NCBI GenBank assembly: GCA_021794385.1
Contig: JAJYQY010000086.1
Coordinates: forward strand, 3,216 to 67,215
From: Pseudomonadota bacterium
GTDB lineage: Bacteria; Pseudomonadota; Gammaproteobacteria; Acidithiobacillales; Acidithiobacillaceae
Reading direction: 5' to 3'
DNA: 64,000 nt
Shown here: in pieces, positions 1 through 10,504 of the stretch
Numbering within the stretch: the stretch's first letter is position 1
Layout: each line of letters starts with the position of its first letter
Translations under genes and position numbers: made by a program
The notes under the pieces: generated by a model
Told to the model about the DNA's origin: nothing
Seen by the model: the letters and a program-made list of their open reading frames with translations, nothing else
The model's database searches: none

Positions 1-203
1 ATCTTTTTGTGGTCCACCGTGGTCAGCCACTCCCGCCACAAGTAACCCCACTTGCCGAAATAGCTTATGGCGGCGATGATCGCGAGACCCAAGATGACCA
101 CCACCACGAAGAGCGGGGCGAGGATATGGTTTTCATAAGGTATTTGCGAAAGAGCGAGGCGCCCGAGCAAAGGGCTCCACGGCCCTTGTAGATCTACCAA
201 CAT
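1..203 (-). CDS. cyoB: Cytochrome bo3 ubiquinol oxidase subunit I, 5' part (runs off the window)
   Basis: Not in the ORF track. Manual translation from ATG at 203 (RBS AGGAGAA) gives MLVDLQGPW...WGYLWREWLTTVDHKK, the typical CyoB N-terminal motif. Follows cyoA. Confidence 0.9.
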   Translation of the reverse strand, partial: MLVDLQGPWSPLLGRLALSQIPYENHILAPLFVVVVILGLAIIAAISYFGKWGYLWREWLTTVDHKK

Positions 204-221
204 AATCGGATTCTCCTTGAC

Positions 222-1196
222 TCAATTGGACGTACGGGTGGATGTACGGGCATTCTGCTCTTTCATGTAGTCCACCATGTTTTCCGTCATGGCCATGGGT
301 AGGGGCCACACCTTGCCATTCATGACCTCCCCCAAAACATGATCGAAGAGGCCATCCTGCACGCCGGAAAAATATTCGGGCTTGCCGGACACATCGATGT
401 ACGGTTTGGCGAACTCGTTGAAGGCGGCATAGCTCAACTGCCGCGGCGACGCCTGAATTTGTTGGGTCCATTGCTGGAACTGTTCGGCACTCACCACCTT
501 CGTCCGAAACTGCATCCAGGAGAACCCGGCGCCGCTGTAGTCCGCCGAGAAGCCTTGGTATTCCCCCACATGATTGGCCAAAAGAGCGGACTTGGTGCGC
601 ATTCCGGGCATCACGTCGATCATCCCCACGAGCTGGGGAATAAAAAAATCATTGACCACGGAGCTGGAGGTCAGGCGGAAGTAAACCGGTGTATGCGCAG
701 GCACCACCAACTCATTTACCGAAGCGATATGGTATTTGGGATAGATAAAGAGCCAGCGCCAATCGGTGGTAATGACATCCACCTCCAAGGGATCGTCGCC
801 GGCCACCGTATGCTCCTTGATCACTGTGGGATCATAGGGGTTGAGGGCGTAAGTACCTTCGATGGCGTAATAGGACAAAAAGGCTACCGCAATAATGGGA
901 ATGCCCCATACAACCACTTCAATGGCGTTGGAATGGGACCATTTGGGATCATACGTTCCTTTTCCGCGTGATTTGCGATAGCGCCACAGGAACCATATGA
1001 TCATGAGCGTAGTGATGCCGACGATAGTCAACATGACCGCCACATCGATGACCATATAGTACAAGTCGGCATTGGCCATCGGGCCTTTGGGATCGAACAG
1101 CCAAAAATGGCTGGTCGAGCACCCGTTCAACAGCAGCACTGGCGCCAGGGCCAAGTAGCGGACCCAATGGGCTAGTTTTTTTCTCCACATATCCAT
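222..1196 (-). CDS. cyoA: Cytochrome bo3 ubiquinol oxidase subunit II (lipoprotein)
   Basis: Lipobox LLNGC, LFDPKGP, YDPKWSHSNAIEVVVWGIP, DWRWLFIYP and SADYSGAGF. Start moved to ATG 1196, which has RBS GGAGAGG. Confidence 0.93.
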   Translation of the reverse strand: MDMWRKKLAHWVRYLALAPVLLLNGCSTSHFWLFDPKGPMANADLYYMVIDVAVMLTIVGITTLMIIWFLWRYRKSRGKGTYDPKWSHSNAIEVVVWGIPIIAVAFLSYYAIEGTYALNPYDPTVIKEHTVAGDDPLEVDVITTDWRWLFIYPKYHIASVNELVVPAHTPVYFRLTSSSVVNDFFIPQLVGMIDVMPGMRTKSALLANHVGEYQGFSADYSGAGFSWMQFRTKVVSAEQFQQWTQQIQASPRQLSYAAFNEFAKPYIDVSGKPEYFSGVQDGLFDHVLGEVMNGKVWPLPMAMTENMVDYMKEQNARTSTRTSN

Positions 1197-1334
1197 ACAC
1201 CTCTCCCTGAGCGGGCAGACCATTAAGCCTGAACATGTTAAAAAAGTTACCATCACGCCCCTAAAAATCGAGGCGATGGACTTGATCATTTATGCCAAAA
1301 ACGTTCTGGAGACGACAAACGATCCCCAGCATCC

Positions 1335-1655
1335 TCACGGCCGCACCGGGGATGCGGGGTGACCCACTGTATCTTCCCGTCGGCGCTGCGGTAGCCGCAG
1401 GCTCCAACTCCCGTCAAACATGGCAGCAGCAAAGGCAGCGGAAAAACCGATGAGGATCCAACTGTAGACGGCATCGCCGGCATTGGGCGCCAAGGCGAAA
1501 ACGGCGAAGCACCAGACCACCAGGATCATAGTCCTGCCAACGACCGACAAAGCAGCCGGGACAAAGAGCAGGGAGGCTATGCCACAAACCGTGAGCAGTG
1601 GCCACGAAAACAGGGAAGGCTGATGGGCAGCGGGTACCGCGGCTTGCGTATTCAT
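1335..1655 (-). CDS. Small hypothetical membrane protein (about 3 TM segments) upstream of cyoA
   Basis: 106-aa ORF with strong RBS (CAGGAGGG) and three hydrophobic stretches, co-oriented with cyoA. Confidence 0.6.
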   Translation of the reverse strand: MNTQAAVPAAHQPSLFSWPLLTVCGIASLLFVPAALSVVGRTMILVVWCFAVFALAPNAGDAVYSWILIGFSAAFAAAMFDGSWSLRLPQRRREDTVGHPASPVRP

Positions 1656-1844
1656 CTTTACCCTCCTGTTCTTCGGGACATGGCGGAATTGCCAATAACA
1701 TAATTGGACAAGTTTATATTTTTATTATTAAATGCCCACAAAACGCCCATAAAAATAGTGCAGAGCAATCGGCAAAGCAATAGCGGGCTGCAATAAAAAA
1801 TTCTTGCTATTCTTATGCGCAATTAGTTCTATGTATAAACTTAT

Positions 1845-1913
1845 TTGTAATATTATAATATTACAATATTGTAATATATTAACTATATAAGTATATCAAT
1901 ATGTTATAACATA
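1845..1913. promoter_or_regulatory. Cluster of perfect AT-rich palindromes in the divergent intergenic region upstream of the cyo genes
   Basis: TTGTAATATTATAATATTACAA (1845-1866), overlapping ATATTACAATATTGTAATAT (1858-1877), and TATGTTATAACATA (1900-1913) are each self-complementary. The regulatory role is inferred. Confidence 0.55.
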
Positions 1914-2377
1914 GTTTATGTGGGTCCCTGCTTTAGATATCAGCCTCCCTCGCCACCGTCACGAATCGACGATTGAAGCGGGGTTTGTGGGGATTGCAGG
2001 TCGGACGACTCTTTTTCGATAAATAGCATAATAACAAAACAACTGCTGGCATGCCGGTTTACACATTAACCATACTACCAACTTCAATGTTGATTCGCTT
2101 CGGGAGGGGCTAAAAAAACTACGGGGCACGGGGTCGGTCAAAAAACTGCTGGAGCGGCCATTCGAAGAAATCCCGCCTGCTGCGATCAGGTCTCCTTACG
2201 GGCTGTACGACATCCCTATGCGCAAGTCCGCCATGCCCCGCTACCGGACACGTCCGCCCGGGACATCAAGGGACCACCCCGCCAGGGAATATTCATGCCC
2301 CATCCCCCAGGCCCGCCACCCGGCCTGGCCGGTCTTTTTTTGCGCGCCGGCCATGCTACACTGCGAATATGCAAGCC

Positions 2378-3121
2378 ATGCCCAGCACCATTTTGATGGT
2401 CCTCAGCGCCGCCCGCGCCATTCCGCTGACGGACGGGACGGTGCGCCCCACCGGCTATTGGGCCGAGGAAGTCGTGGTGCCCTACGAGCTGCTTACGGGG
2501 CAAGGGTTGCGGGTGCGCATCGCCACGCCCAGCGGCAGGCTTCCCGCGGTGGATTCCCTCAGCCTCGACCCCCGCGAACATGGCGGCGACCGCGAAAAAG
2601 TAGCCCGACTGGAGGACGCCTTGGCGCGGATTCCGGGCCTGACGGCACCCGAAGACCTCGCTGCCATGGACGATCAGGTCATGGACGGCATTGCCGCCCT
2701 CTTTTTCCCCGGTGGTCACGGACCCATGGTGGACCTCTGGCAAGACCCCGACGTCGCCCGCCTGCTGCGCCATTGTCACGCCCGGGGCAAACCCGTCGCC
2801 GCCCTCTGTCACGGCCCCGCTGCCCTGCTGGCCGCCCGGGATGCCTCTGGCCGCAACCTCTACGCGGGTTATCGCGCCACCAGTTTCAGCGATGCCGAGG
2901 AAGCGCAGACCGAACTCGCCGGCCGCCTCCCCCATACCCTGGCCGCCGCCTTGCGCGCACAAGGGTTGAAGGTGGAAACCGGCCCCGCCTGGGGGGCGCA
3001 GGTGGTGGTCGATCGCGACCTGCTCACCGGCCAAAATCCGGCATCGGCGGCCCCCCTGGCGCAGGCCCTGCTAGGGGTGCTGGGGTCACTTTCTCCCTCC
3101 GCCATTCCGCCACAAGGATAA
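2378..3121 (+). CDS. DJ-1/PfpI (type 1 glutamine amidotransferase-like, Hsp31/glyoxalase III-like) protein
   Basis: Motifs [21 protein letters not shown] and LLTGQNPAS. Start could be 2369 or 2378. Confidence 0.85.
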   Translation: MPSTILMVLSAARAIPLTDGTVRPTGYWAEEVVVPYELLTGQGLRVRIATPSGRLPAVDSLSLDPREHGGDREKVARLEDALARIPGLTAPEDLAAMDDQVMDGIAALFFPGGHGPMVDLWQDPDVARLLRHCHARGKPVAALCHGPAALLAARDASGRNLYAGYRATSFSDAEEAQTELAGRLPHTLAAALRAQGLKVETGPAWGAQVVVDRDLLTGQNPASAAPLAQALLGVLGSLSPSAIPPQG

Positions 3122-3125
3122 AGTT

Positions 3126-3785
3126 ATGGATAGTAATGCACTCAAACAGATCGCTGCCGAAGCCGCCCTGGCCTACATCAAGCCGGGCATGATTGTCGGC
3201 GTCGGCACCGGCTCCACCACCAACCTCTTCATCGACGCCCTAGGCAAGGCCAAGATCCATGTGGAAGGCTATGTTGCCTCCAGCGCAGTCACCGAAACGC
3301 GCCTCAAGGGCCTGGGGCTGCCGGTGCTGAACCTCAATGACACCGGCGACATCCCCATCTATGTGGACGGCGCCGACGAAGTGGACCCCCACTTTCGCCT
3401 CATCAAGGGCGGCGGCGGCGCATTGACCCGCGAAAAGATCGTCGCCAGCGCGGCGCGGCTCTTCGTCTGCATCGCCGATGAGAGCAAGGACAAGCCCATG
3501 CTCGGCAAATTTCCGTTACCGGTGGAAGTCATTCCCTTTGCCCGCAGCTTTGTCGCCCGCCAACTGGTCAAGCTGGGCGGCAACCCCAGCCTGCGCGCCG
3601 GGGTCACGACGGACAACGGCAACGTGATCCTCGACGTGAGCGGCCTCGACCTCACCGACCCGGTGGCCATGGAAGCCCGGATCAACCTCATCCCCGGCGT
3701 CCTCGACAACGGCATCTTCGCCCACCGCCGCGCCGATGTCCTTCTCCTCGGCACCCCCAAAGGACCTGTCGAACGGCGCGCCTAG
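3126..3785 (+). CDS. rpiA: Ribose-5-phosphate isomerase A
   Basis: [27 protein letters not shown] and TDNGNVILD motifs. Confidence 0.97.
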   Translation: MDSNALKQIAAEAALAYIKPGMIVGVGTGSTTNLFIDALGKAKIHVEGYVASSAVTETRLKGLGLPVLNLNDTGDIPIYVDGADEVDPHFRLIKGGGGALTREKIVASAARLFVCIADESKDKPMLGKFPLPVEVIPFARSFVARQLVKLGGNPSLRAGVTTDNGNVILDVSGLDLTDPVAMEARINLIPGVLDNGIFAHRRADVLLLGTPKGPVERRA

Positions 3786-3864
3786 GGTGCTTTCCGGCCA
3801 TGTCGGCTTATGGCCGGCATGGCCTTCCCTCAGACAGAGGGCTGTCGTGATGAGAAAGGAGCGT

Positions 3865-4518
3865 ATGATGGAAGCAACAGAAATGGATCATCGCAGCACC
3901 CGCCGCGATTTTCTGCACGGCACCCTGAGTCGTGCCGATCTCGCCGCGAACCCTTTCGTCCAGTTGGCGCAATGGCTGGAGGCGGCCGGGGCCACGGGCA
4001 ATTTCGACCCTACCGCCATGGCCCTGGCCACCGCCGATGCGCAAGGGCGTCCTTCCGTCCGCATCGTCCTCTTGAAGCACTTCGACCAGCGTGGCCTCTG
4101 CTGGTACACCGACACCCGCAGTCAGAAAGGCCGGGAACTGGCGGAGAACCCCCAGGCCGAGCTATGTTTCTATTGGCCGGAAAATGACCGGCAGGTGCGG
4201 GTCGGCGGTCTGGTGGAACCCCTCGGCGAAGACGAGGCGGAGGCATACTTCCAGCAACGCCCCACCGCCAGTCGCTTTGCCGCTGCGGCCTCGGTCCAGA
4301 GCCGGCCCATCGCCAAGCGCGCCGACCTGGAAGCCCGCCTGGCGGACCTTCACGCCCAATATCCCGACGGCAAGGTCCCGCGCAATCCCGCCTGGGGAGG
4401 TTATCGGCTCCTGCCGGATCACTTTGAATTCTGGCAAGGGCGGGCCAACCGCCTCCATGACCGTTTCACCTACGACAAGGATCCGGAGGGCTGGAGGATA
4501 GAACGCCTCATGCCCTGA
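3865..4518 (+). CDS. pdxH: Pyridoxamine 5'-phosphate oxidase
   Basis: AMALAT, PSVRIVLLK, SQKG, RQVRV and WGGYRL...EFWQGRANRLHDR motifs. RBS AAGGAG precedes ATG 3865. Confidence 0.96.
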   Translation: MMEATEMDHRSTRRDFLHGTLSRADLAANPFVQLAQWLEAAGATGNFDPTAMALATADAQGRPSVRIVLLKHFDQRGLCWYTDTRSQKGRELAENPQAELCFYWPENDRQVRVGGLVEPLGEDEAEAYFQQRPTASRFAAAASVQSRPIAKRADLEARLADLHAQYPDGKVPRNPAWGGYRLLPDHFEFWQGRANRLHDRFTYDKDPEGWRIERLMP

Positions 4519-4555
4519 GAAGCCGCACGCACACCCTTTCCCTAAGCCCGACAAT

Positions 4556-4603
4556 GGCCGCCGGAGCAAAAAATACCCGCGCCAACTGCCGCTTTTAGGT
4601 TCA
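4556..4603 (+). repeat. Partial (3' arm) copy of the ~205-bp hairpin repeat found at 54522 and 57076
   Basis: GGCCGCCGGAGCAAAAAATACCCGCGCCAACTGCCGCTTTTAGGTTCA matches the 3' ends of both full copies. Confidence 0.8.
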
Positions 4604-4918
4604 AAAAGGCTCGATGCGCGCCTCATAATCAAAGACGATGAGGCGATAGATATCCTCGCCCAATTGCACATGGGCCGATTGGGGGACACCCAGGGTGATG
4701 GTATTGCCACCCGCCGCGGTAAACCCGCCAGGACCAAAATGGTCCTGGGCAATAAGGTCATTCAGGAGATCTTCAAGGACCTTCCGCGGCTGACTGCAGG
4801 TATTGTCGATCAGACGACAGGGCTTCCCGCGCCGCGTGGCGCCTTCGACCGTGATCGCGTCGGGCCGCAGCGGCGGCAGGCCTTCGTCATCCGCAATAGC
4901 AGCATCCACTATACCCAT
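4601..4918 (-). CDS. Hypothetical protein (105 aa)
   Basis: RBS AGGAGAGG and protein-like composition. Directly downstream of leuD on the same strand. Confidence 0.65.
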   Translation of the reverse strand: MGIVDAAIADDEGLPPLRPDAITVEGATRRGKPCRLIDNTCSQPRKVLEDLLNDLIAQDHFGPGGFTAAGGNTITLGVPQSAHVQLGEDIYRLIVFDYEARIEPF

Positions 4919-4953
4919 GCATCCCTCTCCTTCTACAGTTTACAGATACGCCC

Positions 4954-5601
4954 TCATACCCGCGTCGCGCCCGACCGGGGAGCGGAGAAAAGCCAAGGCG
5001 CCTCCCGGCCACGCCGGGCTTCATAGGCCGCGATGGCGTCCCCCAGGGCAAGCGTCAGCTTGATGTCATCCAGACCATGCACCAGTTTGTGCTTATGGCT
5101 CGCCTCGATCTCGAAGGGATAACGGCTATCCCCCATGGTCTGCACTTCCTGGGCGGGCAGATCGATACGCAAGCGATAGCCTGGGGCCGCCCGGACCTCA
5201 TGGAAAAGATGGTCCACCACAGCGCTCGCCAGACGCAGGGGCAGGATGCCGTTTTTCAGACAATTGTTATAAAAAATATCGGCGAAGCTCGGCGCAATGA
5301 TGGCGCGAAAACCATAGTCGGCCAAGGCCCAGGGGGCATGCTCGCGACTGGAACCGCAACCGAAATTTTCGCGGGCGAGAAGGATCTGCGCCTCCGCGAA
5401 ACGCGGCTGGTTGAGGACGAAATCAGGGTTGGGCACCTGCACCCCGTCTTTTTCCAGGTAACGCCAGGCAGCAAAGAGGTGTACCCCCAAACCCTGGCGC
5501 TCCACGGTCTTGAGGAATTGCTTGGGGATGATGGCATCGGTATCCACATTGGGACGATCCAGCGGCGCCACCACGGCTTCCACAACAGTAAAGGATTGCA
5601 T
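4954..5601 (-). CDS. leuD: 3-isopropylmalate dehydratase small subunit
   Basis: [13 protein letters not shown] and [15 protein letters not shown] motifs. Confidence 0.97.
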   Translation of the reverse strand: MQSFTVVEAVVAPLDRPNVDTDAIIPKQFLKTVERQGLGVHLFAAWRYLEKDGVQVPNPDFVLNQPRFAEAQILLARENFGCGSSREHAPWALADYGFRAIIAPSFADIFYNNCLKNGILPLRLASAVVDHLFHEVRAAPGYRLRIDLPAQEVQTMGDSRYPFEIEASHKHKLVHGLDDIKLTLALGDAIAAYEARRGREAPWLFSAPRSGATRV

Positions 5602-5604
5602 GGA

Positions 5605-5778
5605 TTATTCCTTTTCCAGACGCCGCTGCACGGCATAAAGGGCGGCGGACCACTCCGCCCCCAGGCCGCGGCTGGCGGCAAAGATCCCTATTTCCACCAG
5701 ACCCAGGCTGCACAGACCTACGGCCAGACGCCGCAGCCAGTAGCGCCGCTGCTCAGGATGCCGGCCAGTGGCGTACAT
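5605..5778 (-). CDS. Possible 57-aa single-TM protein between leuC and leuD
   Basis: Open frame [38 protein letters not shown]...RRLEKE fills the leuC-leuD gap and stops 3 nt before the leuD ATG. Confidence 0.4.
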   Translation of the reverse strand: MYATGRHPEQRRYWLRRLAVGLCSLGLVEIGIFAASRGLGAEWSAALYAVQRRLEKE

Positions 5779-7165
5779 CGACAAAATGTCCGGCAATGGC
5801 CGCCGCCGCCGCCATGGCGGGGCTGACCAGGTGGGTGCGCCCCCCCGCTCCCTGACGGCCCTCGAAGTTGCGATTGCTGGTAGCGGCGCAGCGTTCGCCG
5901 GGCTCCAGGCGGTCGGCATTCATGGCCAGGCACATGGAACAACCCGGGTCCCGCCACTCGAAGCCGGCCTCCAGGAAGATCCGATCCAGGCCCTCGGCCT
6001 CGGCTTGGGCCTTGACCGGACCGGAGCCCGGCACCACCAGCACCTCCCGGACGCTCGCGGCCTTGTGCTGGCCGCGCACCACTGCCGCCGCCGCGCGGAG
6101 ATCCTCGATGCGGGCATTGGTGCAGGAGCCGATGAAGACCTTGTCGATCCGAATCTCCTGGATCGGCGTTGCCGGCTTCAGGCCCATGTAGGCCAGGGCC
6201 TCCTCCCAACCCTTGCGCTGGGTGGCGTCCGCCGCCCGGGCCGGATCGGGCACCCGCCCCTGGACATCCGTCACCATCTCCGGGCTCGTCCCCCAGGTCA
6301 CCTGCGGCGCGATGGCGCCGGCATCCATGCGGACCTCCGCGTCAAAGACGGCATCGGCATCACTATGCAGGCCCTGCCATGCCGCCACCGCCGCGTCCCA
6401 GAGCGCGCCGACCGGCGCATACGGCCGCCCGCGCACATAGTCGATAGTACGTTCGTCCACCGCTACCATCCCCGAACGGGCCCCCGCCTCGATGGCCATA
6501 TTGCACAGGGTCATACGCCCTTCCAGAGACAGCGCCCGCACCGCCGGACCGGCGAATTCGATGGCGTAACCCGTCCCCCCCGCCGTGCCGATCCGGCCGA
6601 TAATGGCCAATACCAGGTCCTTGGCGGTGACACCCGGCGCCAAGACCCCGTCCACCCAGACGCGCATGGAACGCGACTTGCGCGCCCAAAGGCACTGGGT
6701 AGCGAGGACGTGCTCCACCTCGGTGGTGCCGATGCCGAAGGCCAGTGTCCCCAGGGCACCGTGGGTGGCCGTGTGGGAATCCCCGCAGACCACCGTCATC
6801 CCCGGGAGGGTGAGGCCCTGCTCCGGGGCCATGACATGAACGATCCCCTGGCGCCGGTCGTTCATGGCGAATTCTTCAATGCCGAATTCGGCGCAATTAC
6901 GGTCCAGGGTCTCCACCTGCAGGCGCGCAACGGGATCGCTGATCCCCGCCGCCCGGTCCAGGGTAGGCACGTTGTGATCGGCGGTGGCGATATTGGCCGT
7001 GATCCGCCACGGCTTGCGCCCTGCCGCCCGCAGCCCGGCAAAGGCCTGCGGGCTGGTCACCTCATGCAACAATTGCCGATCGATATAGAGCAGGGTGCTG
7101 CCATCCGCCTCCGTATGGACGACATGGCTTTCCCAAAGTTTGTCGTACAGGGTTTTTCCAGACAC
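5753..7165 (-). CDS. leuC: 3-isopropylmalate dehydratase large subunit
   Basis: [29 protein letters not shown] and GCSMCLAMN motifs. GTG start at 7165 with RBS AAGGAG. Confidence 0.97.
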   Translation of the reverse strand: MSGKTLYDKLWESHVVHTEADGSTLLYIDRQLLHEVTSPQAFAGLRAAGRKPWRITANIATADHNVPTLDRAAGISDPVARLQVETLDRNCAEFGIEEFAMNDRRQGIVHVMAPEQGLTLPGMTVVCGDSHTATHGALGTLAFGIGTTEVEHVLATQCLWARKSRSMRVWVDGVLAPGVTAKDLVLAIIGRIGTAGGTGYAIEFAGPAVRALSLEGRMTLCNMAIEAGARSGMVAVDERTIDYVRGRPYAPVGALWDAAVAAWQGLHSDADAVFDAEVRMDAGAIAPQVTWGTSPEMVTDVQGRVPDPARAADATQRKGWEEALAYMGLKPATPIQEIRIDKVFIGSCTNARIEDLRAAAAVVRGQHKAASVREVLVVPGSGPVKAQAEAEGLDRIFLEAGFEWRDPGCSMCLAMNADRLEPGERCAATSNRNFEGRQGAGGRTHLVSPAMAAAAAIAGHFVDVRHWPAS

Positions 7166-7291
7166 GTACAGTCTCCTTGCGGCGCTATCTCCTTTATACC
7201 CCAATTTGCCCCGACGGAAAAATTACCGCGCCGGACCGGAGGACCGCCCTTTCCCCCTCAGCAAACCCATCAGCCGCTGCAAGCTGCGGCT

Positions 7292-9145
7292 TTAGGGGGT
7301 GAGATCGCCTGTTCCGGCAGCATCCATCTCGTCACTGAAGGTCCAGACTCTGCTCCGGCGATCCTTTTGGCGCTTGCTGACATAGAGGGCACTATCAGCC
7401 TGGCGCAAGAACACAGCGGCATTTTCCTGGCTCCCCCCGGTACAGACGCACACCCCCATGCTGGTGCCGACCTTTACCGTAGCGGTATCCAGGACAACGG
7501 GCTCTTCGATGAGCAGGCGAATCTTGTTCAGGGCTTCTTCGACGTGATGGCGGTCAGGCATGTCTTCCATGACCAGCACGAATTCATCACCACCCCAGCG
7601 GGCGAACAAGTCATTGGAACGCAAGGATTGTTGCACCCGTGCGGCGATTTCCTGCAAGAGATGGTCGCCGGCGGCATGGCCATAGTGATCATTGACGGCC
7701 TTGAAGCCATCCAGGTCCAGCATGCAGATGGCCAGGCAATCGCGGGCATTGCGCTGATTGCGGGCGAGGCTTTCCTCCAGCCATTGTTCCAGATAACGGC
7801 GGTTGGGCAGGCGCGTGAGACCATCCATCAAAGCCAGGTTCTCGATGCGCCGCTGATACTCTCGCTGTTCCAGGGAAAGGCTGAAACTCTCGGAAATCTG
7901 GGTGAGGAGATTGCGCAGCGCCTCGTTAAACCACTGGGAATGGTCGGCCTCCACCACGAGAACGGCCCGAGGCTCGCTGTTTTCGGAGATGAAAATGGGC
8001 CATACCATGACCGAACCCAAGACCGGCAAATGGCGCCGGGGATCCATTGCGGTGGGCGTTTCGCCAGGCGGGAAGAGGGGTGCCGGGCCCAGAAGGCGCC
8101 GCTCGCGCCATGCCTGTCCGACGAGGGTCTGGCCTTGCGGCCACACGGACGGGTCCAGAGAGAGATCCAGCCGCTGTAGGGCCTGCAGGCATGACGCATC
8201 GCGGGAGGCACGGGCGTGGACGGCGAGCTGGGAGCTATTGTTCTTGCGCACGGCGACCCAAGCGCTGGAGATCGGCGTTTCGTTCACCAGGATCTCCACA
8301 AGCCGTTGCCAGGAACTCTCGGAGGATTTTTCCCGGAGCAATTCCTGCTGGACCCGCAAGGCGGCGGATTGATAGCGGCGCAGGCGCAAAAGCTCCCGGG
8401 CATCATCCCGGCGCTCCAAAAATTGGCGCAGGGTCTTGCGCAACTGCTCAGTGAGGCTGTCGGAAAAATGCGGTAGGCGACCACGCTCATGACGGTACAG
8501 GGACAAGACCCAGCGCCCGCCACCATCATCCTGAAAGGGGATCTGCAGACAACCGTCGAGATGGAAGCGACGCGCCCGCTCCACCCAGGGAACCGCTTCC
8601 GTCGTCGCAACGATTTGCAGGCGAAGCGGCGCATCCTGGCGCAGGGCGGTCCACGCCGGGTAAAGTATCCCGCCGTCATGCTTCTGCTCATCACCAGCGT
8701 CGAAACCGTGCAGATAGGCGGCGGCCCTGCCGGAAAGGGCCACGATCTGGAGCCCCTTGTCCGCGGGAAGCAAGGTGGAAACCATGACCAGAGGCAGATC
8801 CAGCCGCTCCACCAGCAGATCGGCAAACCTTTGGAAGACTCGACCGGCCGGCCCCTGGATATCCTCAAGAAAAAGCGAATAGCCGTCGAGGAGGGTGCGC
8901 AACAGCAAATTATGCCCATCCCGGCCCTGCCCCTGGGCATAGCGAGGGCAACAGCCCTGGCGCAAAGGCTGAAAACGCAGTGGAGATGCGGGATCGTTAC
9001 CCATGCTCATGGCCCAAGGCCATGCTCCTTTTTTCCGTAATCTTTGTAAAGTAGTCGCTTTCGCGATCATTGCAAGGGATAGGCGTTCTTCCGCACCCTT
9101 GCCCATCGCCCAGGCCTTCGGTATAAGAAAAGGACACCCGCTCAA
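7292..9145 (-). CDS. Sensor diguanylate cyclase (two GAF-like regions plus GGDEF)
   Basis: DGLTRLPNRR, LDLDGFKAVNDHYGH, I-site RSND and RWGGDEF. Start codon is uncertain. Confidence 0.88.
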   Translation of the reverse strand: MSGCPFLIPKAWAMGKGAEERLSLAMIAKATTLQRLRKKGAWPWAMSMGNDPASPLRFQPLRQGCCPRYAQGQGRDGHNLLLRTLLDGYSLFLEDIQGPAGRVFQRFADLLVERLDLPLVMVSTLLPADKGLQIVALSGRAAAYLHGFDAGDEQKHDGGILYPAWTALRQDAPLRLQIVATTEAVPWVERARRFHLDGCLQIPFQDDGGGRWVLSLYRHERGRLPHFSDSLTEQLRKTLRQFLERRDDARELLRLRRYQSAALRVQQELLREKSSESSWQRLVEILVNETPISSAWVAVRKNNSSQLAVHARASRDASCLQALQRLDLSLDPSVWPQGQTLVGQAWRERRLLGPAPLFPPGETPTAMDPRRHLPVLGSVMVWPIFISENSEPRAVLVVEADHSQWFNEALRNLLTQISESFSLSLEQREYQRRIENLALMDGLTRLPNRRYLEQWLEESLARNQRNARDCLAICMLDLDGFKAVNDHYGHAAGDHLLQEIAARVQQSLRSNDLFARWGGDEFVLVMEDMPDRHHVEEALNKIRLLIEEPVVLDTATVKVGTSMGVCVCTGGSQENAAVFLRQADSALYVSKRQKDRRSRVWTFSDEMDAAGTGDLTP

Positions 9146-9160
9146 TCAGGATCCCTCGCC

Positions 9161-10504
9161 ATGTCCCAAGCTCCTTCCTCCAGTCTGAACGAATCGGCCC
9201 TCGGCGATCTGGTCAACGAGGCGCTGGCCGAGGCGCAGCGCCAGGGGGCGACGGCGGCAGAGGCCTCGGCCAGTGCCGGCAAAGGCCTGGCGGTGACCGT
9301 GCGTCTAGGGGAGGTGGAATCCATCGAGTATCATCAGGACAAGGGCCTGGGGGTGACGGTCTATGTGGGGCAGGCCAAGGGTCATGCCTCCACCTCGGAT
9401 TTCTCGGCCAAGGCCCTGCGCGAAACCGTGGCCGCCGCCTTGACCATTGCCCGGCACACCTCCGCCGACCCCTTCGCCGGACTAGCGGACCCGGCCCTGT
9501 TCGCCCGCGAGATCCCCGACCTGGACCTCTATCACCCCTGGAGCATCGATGCCGACGGCGCCGCCGATCTGGCGCGGCGCTGCGAGGATGCGGCCCGCAG
9601 CCTGGACCCGCGCATCAGCAACTCCGAAGGGGGGAGCGTCAGCAGCGGTGAGGGCTTCGGCGTTTATGGCAATACCCTGGGTTTCATGGGGGCGTCGCGT
9701 TCTTCCCGGCACAGCCTGTCCTGCTCGGTCATCGCGGCCGACGCCCAGGGCATGCAACGCGATTACTGGTATGACATCGCCCGCGTACCCACGGCCCTGC
9801 AGAGCCCCGAGGCCATCGGCCGAGAAGCCGCCCGCCGCGCCCTGCGCCGCCTCGGTGCGCGCAAGATCCCGACGGGCAAGGCCCCCGTGGTCTTTGAAAA
9901 CCAGGCGGCCGCCAGCCTGCTGGGGCACCTCTCCAGCGCCATCAGTGGCGGCAGTCTCTATCGCAAAACGTCTTTCCTGGTGGATAGCCTGGGCAAGACG
10001 CTGTTTCCGACCCATATCCGGATCTTTGAAGAACCGCACCGCCTGCGCGGTCTCGGCAGCGCCGCCTTTGATGGCGAAGGGGTCGCCACGCATGATCGCG
10101 ACATCATCCATGACGGCGTCCTGCAGGGCTACCTTCTCGACAGCTACAGTGCCCGTAAGCTGGGGATGCAGAGTACCGGCAATGCCGGCGGCGCCCACAA
10201 CCTGACCCTGGCCCCCGGTGCCGACGATCTCCCCGCCCTCCTGCGGCGCATGGGCAAGGGCTTGTTGGTCACGGAACTGATCGGCTTTGGCATCAACATG
10301 GTCACCGGTGATTACTCCCGGGGCGCAGCGGGCTTCTGGGTGGAAAATGGCGAGCTTCAGTTTCCCGTGGAAGAAATCACCATTGCCGGCCGTTTACAGG
10401 AAATCTTCGCCGGCTTTGCTGCCGTAGGCTCCGACCTCCTCACCCACGGCAACACCGGCTGCCCTTCCATCCTGGTGGAAGAAATGATCATCGCCGGCGA
10501 TTGA
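9161..10504 (+). CDS. pmbA: Metalloprotease PmbA (TldE)
   Basis: PDLDLYHPW, MQRDYWY, FDGEGV and TGDYSRGAAGFWVENGE motifs. Confidence 0.95.
   Translation: MSQAPSSSLNESALGDLVNEALAEAQRQGATAAEASASAGKGLAVTVRLGEVESIEYHQDKGLGVTVYVGQAKGHASTSDFSAKALRETVAAALTIARHTSADPFAGLADPALFAREIPDLDLYHPWSIDADGAADLARRCEDAARSLDPRISNSEGGSVSSGEGFGVYGNTLGFMGASRSSRHSLSCSVIAADAQGMQRDYWYDIARVPTALQSPEAIGREAARRALRRLGARKIPTGKAPVVFENQAAASLLGHLSSAISGGSLYRKTSFLVDSLGKTLFPTHIRIFEEPHRLRGLGSAAFDGEGVATHDRDIIHDGVLQGYLLDSYSARKLGMQSTGNAGGAHNLTLAPGADDLPALLRRMGKGLLVTELIGFGINMVTGDYSRGAAGFWVENGELQFPVEEITIAGRLQEIFAGFAAVGSDLLTHGNTGCPSILVEEMIIAGD

Noticed and set aside
1925-2368. Possible ncRNA or riboswitch in the long intergenic region
   Set aside because: No recognisable conserved motif or convincing extended structure by eye. 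It needs a covariance-model search.
5768-8179. 803-aa plus-strand ORF, and similar long ORFs such as 17021-18805, 26101-28032, 39659-42067 and 61352-63073
   Set aside because: They are antisense shadows of well-supported genes, expected with GC-rich codon bias, and show no motifs of their own.
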